From the NCBI RefSeq assembly GCF_965237845.1, contig NZ_OZ250154.1:2391228-2455227 (forward strand): a DNA stretch of 64,000 bases, in the 5' to 3' direction. Below are positions 19,499 through 27,864 of the stretch, piece by piece; positions within the stretch are counted from its first letter, which is position 1; every line of letters starts with the position of its first letter. The DNA comes from Candidatus Spongiihabitans sp. Its GTDB lineage: Bacteria > Pseudomonadota > Gammaproteobacteria > Arenicellales > Poriferihabitantaceae. The position numbers were made by a program, and so were the translations under genes. The notes under the pieces were generated by a model, which worked only from the letters and a program-made list of their open reading frames with translations, made no database searches and was not told where the DNA came from.

Positions 19499-22400
19499 AT
19501 GAAACTTGAAATCGCATTTTTAGATATTGAGGTTGGCGCCACCAGCAACAAAATAGATGATTTAGGTTATTTGTCTGAAAAATCAGCACTTGAAACGAGT
19601 TCTGTAAGTCAAATAAAAGACCGTTGTTTGCGTGAAGGAATTAGGTTTATTTGTGGACACAATTTTATTGAACACGATAAAAAATTTCTGGCAAAAACTA
19701 GTTTTAATCCAGTTTTAGAACAGATTAACATTATCGATACTTTGTATCTTTCAATGCTTTTATTTACTACTAAACGCACACACAAACTCGATAAACCATA
19801 TAAAAACAATCAAATCAATATTGAAAATCAGCCGTTAGGAGATGCTGCTCAAACAAAGGCATTATTTGAATTATTAGATAACGAGTTTGATAAACTATCA
19901 GTAAAAAAACAACAAATATTCTATCAATTATTAAAAAATGATAAATATTTTTCAGGTTTTTTTGATTTTAAAAAAGTAGCCAATAAAGAGATTGATATAT
20001 ACGAACAGATAAAAAAGCATATTGTTGTCAACAGTAAAGACTACAAAGAAAATGAAATAAATCATCCAGTAGAGATTGCTTTTATTATTTCTTATTTAAT
20101 GTCAAATGACAAAGGGGCTATATCATCAATTCTCTTAATCAAATATCCTGAAGTTGTAAAGTTATTAAAGCAACTTACTTTTGATAAAGACAAGGTAAAT
20201 ATTGAAAAATTTACCAAAGATGAATTTGGTGTTGATACTTTCAGGGAGTTTGATAAAAATGAGGTTGATGCTTATCAATTTTCCAGAGATGAACTTGCAC
20301 TTACCAACCCGACAGAGATTGAAAAAATATCACAAAAGGACATTATAGAAAGTGCGATTGATACCGATTCATTGCTAGCAATATTGCCAACGGGTGGCGG
20401 TAAAACCCTTGCTTTTCAAATCCCCGCTTTACTTAAAGCACAAAAATATAAAGGATTGAGTGTCGTTGTTTCCCCGCTTCAAGCCTTAATGAAAAACCAA
20501 ATAGATAGTTTCAGGCGTAAAAATAATAATTTTACGGTGCTGGCTATTAGTGGATATTTAAGCCCTATTGAACGCATGAACGCCATTACTGAAGTGGAAA
20601 ATGGGACTGCTGATATTTTGTATTTGGCACCTGAATCATTACGCTCTAATTCTATTTTTAACGCCCTTAAAAAACGCATTATTGAGCGCTTTATTATTGA
20701 CGAAGCACATTGCTTTTCATCTTGGGGGCATGATTTTAGGCACGATTACTATTTTATTGCCGAGACGATTAAGGAATTGGAACAATCCAGTTTTCAACCC
20801 CTTATTCCCGTGTCTTGCTTTACCGCAACAGCAAAGCCAGAGGTTATCAAAGATATAAAAGATTATTTCAAAGAAAAATTAGATATTACACTAAATAAGT
20901 TTATTGCCTCTGTTGAGCGTTATAACTTGCAATATAGCGTGATTGAAAGCAAAACAGCAGAGGATAAATACGAACAATTAATTAAAATTTTACTAGAGCG
21001 CGACAAAGCGAGCAAAAATCCGACCATTATTTATATTCCTCAAAACGCCAGACAATGCAGAGAACTGAGTGAAAAATTGCAAAATGATGAGCGGCTCACT
21101 GAGCTTGATTTGGTCATAGAACCTTTTTATGCCAAACTTGATGATGACAAGGAAGAGGGCAGAAGAGATAAAAACGCCAGAGGAAAATTTGAAATATTAG
21201 CGGATTTTATTGACAATAAAATTGATATTGTCATTGCAACCACTGCTTTTGGGATGGGGATTGATAAGGCGGATATTCAAACCATTATCCATTATCAGCA
21301 ATCGGATAGTTTGGAGTCTTATTTGCAAGAGTCGGGTCGTGGGGCGCGCGATGAAAATTTAATCGCCAAATGTATTGTCTTATATTCAAAAGAAGATTTT
21401 GATCGCTCGTTTACGCAGCTTAACCGCTCAAAAGTTGATATTGCCGAGATTAAAAGAATTGTCAAGGCGCTCAAAGGTTATGGAAACGACAAACTTAATT
21501 TATCGCCAAAAGACATTTCCAGAAAAATAGGGGTGGATACAGAAGACAGCAAAATTGATTATGACCTGATTATTAAAACTGCACTGTTGGAATTAGAACA
21601 ACACAATATTATTAAACGCGGTAGAGATGGTTATAAAATATTTGCAACTTCGCTTGAAAAACAAGAGCAGAAAAACATGTCTTTTGTGCATGAAGTGTTA
21701 GACCCTAAACAACAGCAAGAACCCTATATTGAGCTATATAAAGATATGATCTTGGTGATGCAAAATGTTATCCAACGGTCTAAATTAGACGCGATTGAAG
21801 TTGATGATTTGTCAGATATTGTTGGTGTGGGAAAACCAAGAATTTTTGATGTGCTATATCAGTTGCAAAAAGACGGATTATTGAAATTTAATAATGACAT
21901 TAGCCTCCATATTAAAAAATCAGTTCAAAAAGAGTTTGGGGATCATTTTGAGATGGAACAGAAGATATTTGACGGAATAAAAAATACTCCGGTTTACGAG
22001 AAAAGCATCAATTTACGAAGCCTGAATGATGAGAATAGCAATGATGTAATATTATTTAAGCAAATTATTCAAAGTTGGGGGCATTTATCAAGACTTAAAA
22101 ACAATATTTTTACCGCACGATTTAAAAACGATTTTTGCTTGTTTGAATTACAAGATGAACAAAAACTAGATAAACTCGTAAAAGCCAGAAAAGAATTATC
22201 ACTGTTTATTATTGAGCAATTACTGAACATATTAGGCACAGACATAGCCAAAGAGATTGAATTTTCCAGCAATAAAATAAAAGTGGATTATCACTCACCA
22301 ACACTGACCATAGAGGCGTTTCATCATACTTTTGTTTATTTGCACGATATGTTGAAAAGTTTTGAATTGCGTCGGGGTCGGTTGATTTATCATCACACCC

Positions 22401-23353
22401 TTAAATTGGATTTACAAAAAAAGATAAGGGAGAGAATGCCTTACCAAAACAGCCATTATGATAGTGGATTAAAGCATTATTATGAGCGAAAAATCGAAGC
22501 CATTCATATTCAAATTGCATTTTTAGAACGGTTACTAGCACAAGGTTGGCATGACACAAAAGACTTTGTCAAAAATTATTTTTCGATGGAATACGGCGCG
22601 TTTAAACAAATTTATCATTTTAATGAAAAAGAGATAAAACGACCCGTTACTAAAGAGAAATATCAACAAATATTAGAAAACCTAAACGCTGAACAAAAAC
22701 AAATTTTTAACGATACTTCTTCGCAAGCCATTATGGTTTTAGCCGGTCCAGGTAGCGGTAAAACCAAAACTTTAGTGCATAAAATTGCTTCGTTAATTAC
22801 GATTGAGAACAACAAGGCAGAATATTTTTTGATGCTCGCGCATTCAAGGGTTGCGGTTGCAGATTTTAGAGACAAACTCAAAAAACTCATTGGCAACCAA
22901 GTTTATACGGTGCGTATTCATACTTTTCATTCTTTTGCTTGCTCCCTATTAGGAAAAAATATTAGTGATGCTAATGAGTTACAAAACGTGCTACAAACAA
23001 CCGCCCAAATGCTCAATAACAATAAAATAACGATGCCGTTTATTAGTATGTTGGTCGTGGATGAATATCAGGATGTTGGCAAGCAAAGTTATGAATTTAT
23101 TAAAGCTATTTACACCAATATGGGCGTGAGCAAGACTGATAAAAAAATTATTGCGGTGGGCGATGATGACCAATGTATTAAAAACTATGGTGGTGATAAG
23201 GCTGACATTAAATATATCAAAGAATTTAAGCAATATTTTGGCAAAGACATCGCAGACTCGAGTAAATTTTCATCCTATCAGTTGCTAAATAATTATCGAA
23301 GTGGGGCTAATATTGTTGATTTTTTTACCCAATTTAGCAGTGTTATCGACTAA
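19499..23353 (+). CDS. Multidomain protein: DnaQ-like 3'-5' exonuclease + RecQ-family SF2 helicase + N-terminal half of a UvrD/PcrA-type SF1 helicase. It ends at an in-frame TAA.
   Basis: Exonuclease motifs IAFLDIEV and CGHNFIEHDKKFL. RecQ motifs LPTGGGKTLAFQIPAL, FIIDEAHCFSSWGHDFR, ATTAFGMGIDKADIQ and QESGRGARD. UvrD motifs LAGPGSGKTKT, VVDEYQDV, AVGDDDQCI and NNYRSG. Confidence 0.8.
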   Translation: MKLEIAFLDIEVGATSNKIDDLGYLSEKSALETSSVSQIKDRCLREGIRFICGHNFIEHDKKFLAKTSFNPVLEQINIIDTLYLSMLLFTTKRTHKLDKPYKNNQINIENQPLGDAAQTKALFELLDNEFDKLSVKKQQIFYQLLKNDKYFSGFFDFKKVANKEIDIYEQIKKHIVVNSKDYKENEINHPVEIAFIISYLMSNDKGAISSILLIKYPEVVKLLKQLTFDKDKVNIEKFTKDEFGVDTFREFDKNEVDAYQFSRDELALTNPTEIEKISQKDIIESAIDTDSLLAILPTGGGKTLAFQIPALLKAQKYKGLSVVVSPLQALMKNQIDSFRRKNNNFTVLAISGYLSPIERMNAITEVENGTADILYLAPESLRSNSIFNALKKRIIERFIIDEAHCFSSWGHDFRHDYYFIAETIKELEQSSFQPLIPVSCFTATAKPEVIKDIKDYFKEKLDITLNKFIASVERYNLQYSVIESKTAEDKYEQLIKILLERDKASKNPTIIYIPQNARQCRELSEKLQNDERLTELDLVIEPFYAKLDDDKEEGRRDKNARGKFEILADFIDNKIDIVIATTAFGMGIDKADIQTIIHYQQSDSLESYLQESGRGARDENLIAKCIVLYSKEDFDRSFTQLNRSKVDIAEIKRIVKALKGYGNDKLNLSPKDISRKIGVDTEDSKIDYDLIIKTALLELEQHNIIKRGRDGYKIFATSLEKQEQKNMSFVHEVLDPKQQQEPYIELYKDMILVMQNVIQRSKLDAIEVDDLSDIVGVGKPRIFDVLYQLQKDGLLKFNNDISLHIKKSVQKEFGDHFEMEQKIFDGIKNTPVYEKSINLRSLNDENSNDVILFKQIIQSWGHLSRLKNNIFTARFKNDFCLFELQDEQKLDKLVKARKELSLFIIEQLLNILGTDIAKEIEFSSNKIKVDYHSPTLTIEAFHHTFVYLHDMLKSFELRRGRLIYHHTLKLDLQKKIRERMPYQNSHYDSGLKHYYERKIEAIHIQIAFLERLLAQGWHDTKDFVKNYFSMEYGAFKQIYHFNEKEIKRPVTKEKYQQILENLNAEQKQIFNDTSSQAIMVLAGPGSGKTKTLVHKIASLITIENNKAEYFLMLAHSRVAVADFRDKLKKLIGNQVYTVRIHTFHSFACSLLGKNISDANELQNVLQTTAQMLNNNKITMPFISMLVVDEYQDVGKQSYEFIKAIYTNMGVSKTDKKIIAVGDDDQCIKNYGGDKADIKYIKEFKQYFGKDIADSSKFSSYQLLNNYRSGANIVDFFTQFSSVID

Positions 23354-23401
23354 CGCTTAAAGACCGATAAATTAGTAGCACATAGACAACAGCAGGGAAA
23401 A

Positions 23402-24394
23402 GTGAGTTTAATTCGTTATCAAAATAGTGATTATTACACCAATATACTCAATAGTGTCAAAGCCAATACTTCTAATAATATTGCCATCTTAGCAAGAAAA
23501 AATAAGGAGGTTTTATCAATCTATTCCATGCTAGTTTCAGACAATATAAAAGCGCGTTATATTGCGGATAATAATAGTTTTAGATTGGGTAATTTAGTTG
23601 AATTAACAGATGTTTTACAAAACTGGCGGGAGACAGAAGACTTTGAAAAAAGCAGAAATAATTCAGACACTATTTATGGAAAATCAAACAATAACGCATT
23701 AAAAAATGCGGTGCTTGATAAATTTGAAGATGAGTATCAAGCGGAAATTAAAAAAAGCCAGCAGCATTTTATTGGCGTATTTGAGCAGTATTTACATAAA
23801 ATCACTTTTGATGAATTTGAACTTGGCAAGAGTAAAGTTACTGTCTCCACCATACACAAAGCCAAAGGAAAAGAGTGGGATGAAGTTTATATATGTGCAC
23901 AAGATGACTTCATAAGCACCAACCCACAACAGGCGCAATACGATAAACGCTTAGCTTATGTTGCCATTACTCGAGCAAAAAACAGCCTTTATATTCATTC
24001 TAAAATAACACTATTTGATGGTTTTATCGATTATTTTGATGAGCACAATATCTGCAATACTCAATTTGAACCGCTTAAAACTATTGTCCTGTTAATGGGT
24101 TTGGATGATATAGTATTGACCTATTCATACTCTCAAGAAGGCATTGCAAAAAGTTCTCCTCTGGCTGGCGAAGTTGTGGATGTCATTGACAAACAACAAT
24201 ATATAACTATTGCTAAAGATAATAATCAAATTGCTTCATTGTCACAAAAAATGATTGAAAAGATACGGGATGAAAATGGCTACAGGTTAAACAATAAGGC
24301 GGAAATTGAAAATGTAGTTGAATGGGTGAATAAAGAGGATGGCAAAAAATACAAACAGGTATTATGTAAAATTTATTTGTCAAAAGAACATTAA
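23402..24394 (+). CDS. C-terminal half of the same UvrD/PcrA-type helicase plus about 130 aa of extra C-terminal domain
   Basis: It is in the same reading frame as 19499-23353, separated by one TAA and 16 sense codons. Motifs VSTIHKAKGKEWDEVYI and RLAYVAITRAKNSLYIH are UvrD motifs V/VI. Confidence 0.8.
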   Translation: MSLIRYQNSDYYTNILNSVKANTSNNIAILARKNKEVLSIYSMLVSDNIKARYIADNNSFRLGNLVELTDVLQNWRETEDFEKSRNNSDTIYGKSNNNALKNAVLDKFEDEYQAEIKKSQQHFIGVFEQYLHKITFDEFELGKSKVTVSTIHKAKGKEWDEVYICAQDDFISTNPQQAQYDKRLAYVAITRAKNSLYIHSKITLFDGFIDYFDEHNICNTQFEPLKTIVLLMGLDDIVLTYSYSQEGIAKSSPLAGEVVDVIDKQQYITIAKDNNQIASLSQKMIEKIRDENGYRLNNKAEIENVVEWVNKEDGKKYKQVLCKIYLSKEH

Positions 24395-24561
24395 TTGAGG
24401 CAACTCTTATCGTATTTGCACCATAAATAGAATATTCTATTATTTAGTAGATGAAAAATGCCAATAGTGAAAGAACTGCATGGAGGTCGGTGTGAATATC
24501 CCCACTTTAACGGATACTTTTGGGTGTTAGGAAATGTCGCCTCGCAAATCGTTGTACTGTA

Positions 24562-25173
24562 ATGGCGGCAAGGGTCGGACTCACCGGCGGCATTGGCAGC
24601 GGCAAAACCACCGTTGCCAGCTGCTTTGCCGGGCTTGGCGTTCAGGTTATTGACGCCGACCAGATTGGGCGGGACATTACCGAACCCGGAAGCGCACAAT
24701 CCGAACAAATCCTCGCTCAAATCATGGAACACTTTGGGCGCGCAATAATGGATTCCCAAGGCCGCCTCAAGCGTAAACGACTCGGCCAGATGGTCTTCAA
24801 TTCCCCGCAAAAAAGGAAACTGCTCGAGTCCATTCTGCACCCGCCAATCTTGGACAAAATGTTGGCGCAATGCCGGCAAAGCAAATCGCCCTACTGCATA
24901 CTTGAAATTCCACTGCTCATCGAAAGCGGGCAGCATGAATTAATGGGTCGCGTCGTAGTGGTCACCTGTAATCCCGAAACACGAACAAGTCGGTTACAGC
25001 AGCATCGAAAGATGAGTGTGGATGAAATTAACCGCGTTTTGGACACACAATTGAGCGATCAGGATAGATTAGCCAAGGCAGATGATGTCATTGTTAATGA
25101 CTCAACTATCGCCGCGCTTAAACAGCAAGTAAATATCTTGCACGAAAATTATTGGTCAATGTTCGGGGCTTAA
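24562..25173 (+). CDS. coaE: Dephospho-CoA kinase
   Basis: VGLTGGIGSGKTTVA P-loop and ...ILHPPI.... The start is set at the ATG at 24562 (MAARVGLTGG). Confidence 0.85.
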   Translation: MAARVGLTGGIGSGKTTVASCFAGLGVQVIDADQIGRDITEPGSAQSEQILAQIMEHFGRAIMDSQGRLKRKRLGQMVFNSPQKRKLLESILHPPILDKMLAQCRQSKSPYCILEIPLLIESGQHELMGRVVVVTCNPETRTSRLQQHRKMSVDEINRVLDTQLSDQDRLAKADDVIVNDSTIAALKQQVNILHENYWSMFGA

Positions 25174-25181
25174 GATTCCAA

Positions 25182-25589
25182 TCATAACAACTTAACCACA
25201 TCCAAAATGGGGTGCACTGCTTCAAGCACATCCATTTCCAGGATTTCTTCAATGCTCTTCCAACCAAAATTTTGCTGCTCCAGATTTATTATCTGTTGGT
25301 CGAAATTGTCTGCCAAATAAACATCCAGCCATACATTTGCATGGTCGTAGTCATAGGCGATTTGGGTTAACGGAATTATGTTTTTTATGGAAACGCCTAA
25401 CTCCTCATTCAGTTCTCGAATCAAAGCCTGTTGCGGCGATTCATTTTTCTCGACCTTGCCGCCGGGAAATTCCCACTGCCCGGCGCACGGTTTTCCGGGC
25501 AGTCTTTGCTGAACTAAAAGCTGTCCCTGAGGGTTTCGCAGCACACCCACTACAACATATAGTCGAGAGTCAGGAGCGGTAATCGGCAT
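25182..25589 (-). CDS. mutT: NUDIX hydrolase, MutT-like 8-oxo-dGTP diphosphatase
   Basis: WEFPGGKVEKNESPQQALIRELNEELGV Nudix box. 135 aa. Confidence 0.75.
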   Translation of the reverse strand: MPITAPDSRLYVVVGVLRNPQGQLLVQQRLPGKPCAGQWEFPGGKVEKNESPQQALIRELNEELGVSIKNIIPLTQIAYDYDHANVWLDVYLADNFDQQIINLEQQNFGWKSIEEILEMDVLEAVHPILDVVKLL

Positions 25590-26847
25590 TAATACGGATA
25601 TAGCCGTGAGTTAAATCGCAAGTCCATACCGTGGCTGCACCGCCACCTATGCCGACATCAACAGCAATGAAAATCTCATTATCTTTTAAATGTTTGGCAA
25701 CCCCTGCTTCATCGTAACCCTCTATGACCTGCCCATTTTCAGTAATTAGCATGCCACCGATATTTATTTTTAAATTATCTCGGGCAGCCTGTTCACCAGA
25801 TTTCCCCACCGCCATCACTATCCTGCCCCAATTCGCGTCTTCACCGGCGATGGCGGTTTTGACCAAAGGCGAATTGGCGATGGATTTGGCGATTACTTTT
25901 GCCGCTCGGTCGGATTCCGCTCCGCTAACCGTGATTTCGATCAATTTCGTTGCGCCCTCGCCGTCGCGCACAACTTGCTTGGCCAAATCCAGCATAATTG
26001 TTTGCAGCGCTTTTTTGAATTCAACCAATGATTCATCTGCAATGTCCTGTTCAATATCCCCTTTAATTTCCGTGCTCAGCTCATTGGCTGCCTTGCCTGT
26101 GGCAAACAGCAAACAGGTATCGCTGGTCGAAGTATCACTATCGACGGTTATGGCATTAAATGACTGCTGATTCGCGTCCACAAGCATTCGTTGAAGCAAT
26201 GGCGAGGGAATTTTAGCATCGGTAAATATAAATGCCAGCATGGTCGCCATATCGGGTTCGATCATACCGGAGCCTTTGGCAAATCCATTGAGGCTAACCA
26301 CGACATCGCCAATCGTGGTTTGAGCGCTTGCGCCTTTAGGAAATGTATCGGTTGTGGTAATCGCTTGCGCCGCATCCTGCCAATTGTTCGCGTGCAATTT
26401 ATCCGCCAGTTTTGGTATGGCATTGACTATGCGATCAATCGGTAGCGGCTCACCAATCACGCCGGTAGAAGCAACAAATACATTATCCGTTTTGCAGTCA
26501 ATACTACTCGCCACAGCCGCGCACGTATCCTGGCAATGTTGCTCTCCGATTTTTCCGGTAAACGCATTGGCATTTCCGGAGTTCACAATCAGCGCAGCCG
26601 CTTGGCCACTTTCAAGATGATCTCGGCACAGCAGAATCGGCGCACCGGCCGTGGATGATTTGGTAAAAACGCCTGCCACTGTAGTGCCTGGGCAAAAACT
26701 TGCAAGCATCAGATCATTGCGATTCTGATATTTAATGCCAGCCGCGGTGGCCGCCAGCCGCACCCCGTTTATCGGCGCGAGCGCGGGAAAAGCTATCGGC
26801 GCAAGCGGCGACCTTTTCACGGCGCTCGACTCTCGCTGATAAGCCAA
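25570..26847 (-). CDS. argJ: Bifunctional glutamate N-acetyltransferase / amino-acid acetyltransferase
   Basis: NSGNANAFTG, the self-cleavage site region GMIEPDMATMLAFIFTD and the C-terminus CDLTHGYIRINADYRS. Confidence 0.93.
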   Translation of the reverse strand: MAYQRESSAVKRSPLAPIAFPALAPINGVRLAATAAGIKYQNRNDLMLASFCPGTTVAGVFTKSSTAGAPILLCRDHLESGQAAALIVNSGNANAFTGKIGEQHCQDTCAAVASSIDCKTDNVFVASTGVIGEPLPIDRIVNAIPKLADKLHANNWQDAAQAITTTDTFPKGASAQTTIGDVVVSLNGFAKGSGMIEPDMATMLAFIFTDAKIPSPLLQRMLVDANQQSFNAITVDSDTSTSDTCLLFATGKAANELSTEIKGDIEQDIADESLVEFKKALQTIMLDLAKQVVRDGEGATKLIEITVSGAESDRAAKVIAKSIANSPLVKTAIAGEDANWGRIVMAVGKSGEQAARDNLKINIGGMLITENGQVIEGYDEAGVAKHLKDNEIFIAVDVGIGGGAATVWTCDLTHGYIRINADYRS

Positions 26848-26878
26848 CCTTTCATTCTTACCATCCGCTTTGTGGCAA

Positions 26879-27751
26879 TTAGTTTATGTTTTGTTTCAAA
26901 AATCTAATGACTATCTTTTTTGCTTTCTTGCTTCCAAGCAATCTATGTTTATACCTTAAATATCCATCTGTAAAAACTATGGATTTACTGCCATTTGATT
27001 TGTTCATAAATCTCCCACAATCACCTTTTAGCTGACGGCTTTGAAACCAGGGATCATCTTTTGCAACGAGGCTTAAAACTGGTTCATTATCTGGCGCATT
27101 AAGACCGTGGTATGAATGCCAGCCAGCATGACATGTCCATCCTTCGACAATTCTGGCCTTTACGGACATATCCTCATCTTTTGATGAAAAGGTGGCTGTT
27201 GTTATTCCGCCTTCACTTAACCCCATTAAAAAAACATTTTCACTATCAACCCAATCCAACATTTTTGCCTTAGCAATCGCATACCCGGCATCATTTTGCC
27301 TCATTTTCAAAGTCGGCTGGTATAGCCCTCCTTTATGAGTGCTTGGCTCGCAGGATTTTGGATATTTCTTTCGAGCGAAACTCGCCGGAGCGATTACTGC
27401 ATACCCATTTTTCGCTAAAAAATTGATCGTGTGAAGTGTGCCCTCCCAAATGCCTGTGCAACCGTGCATATAAATCACTGTCGGGTAAGTTCCTTTAATG
27501 GCGGTATTACTGGATGTTAATTTACTTATTGTTGTCCTGATAAATCTAGTCGATCCTGTTTTCGGAATTCTTACCAATGCTGCCTGCCATGTTCTATCCA
27601 TTTCCAAAGAATCAGCCCAGTCTCTTGGGTGCATTTTAAGCCAGTGCGTAAAACTTCTGGTGCTGTTGCCTAATCCGCTTATACCTGTACCGCAACCTGT
27701 TGCCAACGCAACCATTACGATAAAAATATAACGCATGATGATTTTATTCAT
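26879..27751 (-). CDS. Putative lipoprotein alpha/beta hydrolase (dienelactone-hydrolase-like)
   Basis: Signal peptide with a lipobox-like VALATGC. Nucleophile elbow LMGLSEGG. It is AT-rich relative to its neighbours by eye. Confidence 0.5.
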   Translation of the reverse strand: MNKIIMRYIFIVMVALATGCGTGISGLGNSTRSFTHWLKMHPRDWADSLEMDRTWQAALVRIPKTGSTRFIRTTISKLTSSNTAIKGTYPTVIYMHGCTGIWEGTLHTINFLAKNGYAVIAPASFARKKYPKSCEPSTHKGGLYQPTLKMRQNDAGYAIAKAKMLDWVDSENVFLMGLSEGGITTATFSSKDEDMSVKARIVEGWTCHAGWHSYHGLNAPDNEPVLSLVAKDDPWFQSRQLKGDCGRFMNKSNGSKSIVFTDGYLRYKHRLLGSKKAKKIVIRFLKQNIN

Positions 27752-27864
27752 ATCTTATCTCCTGTGTCTTTCTTAATGCAGGTTGTTTTCGGGGACTTGC
27801 ATTCTAGCCCATTCATTTTTCAATTATCCCTGCTCGGCGCAGAAGGAAGTAATGAGACCACACA

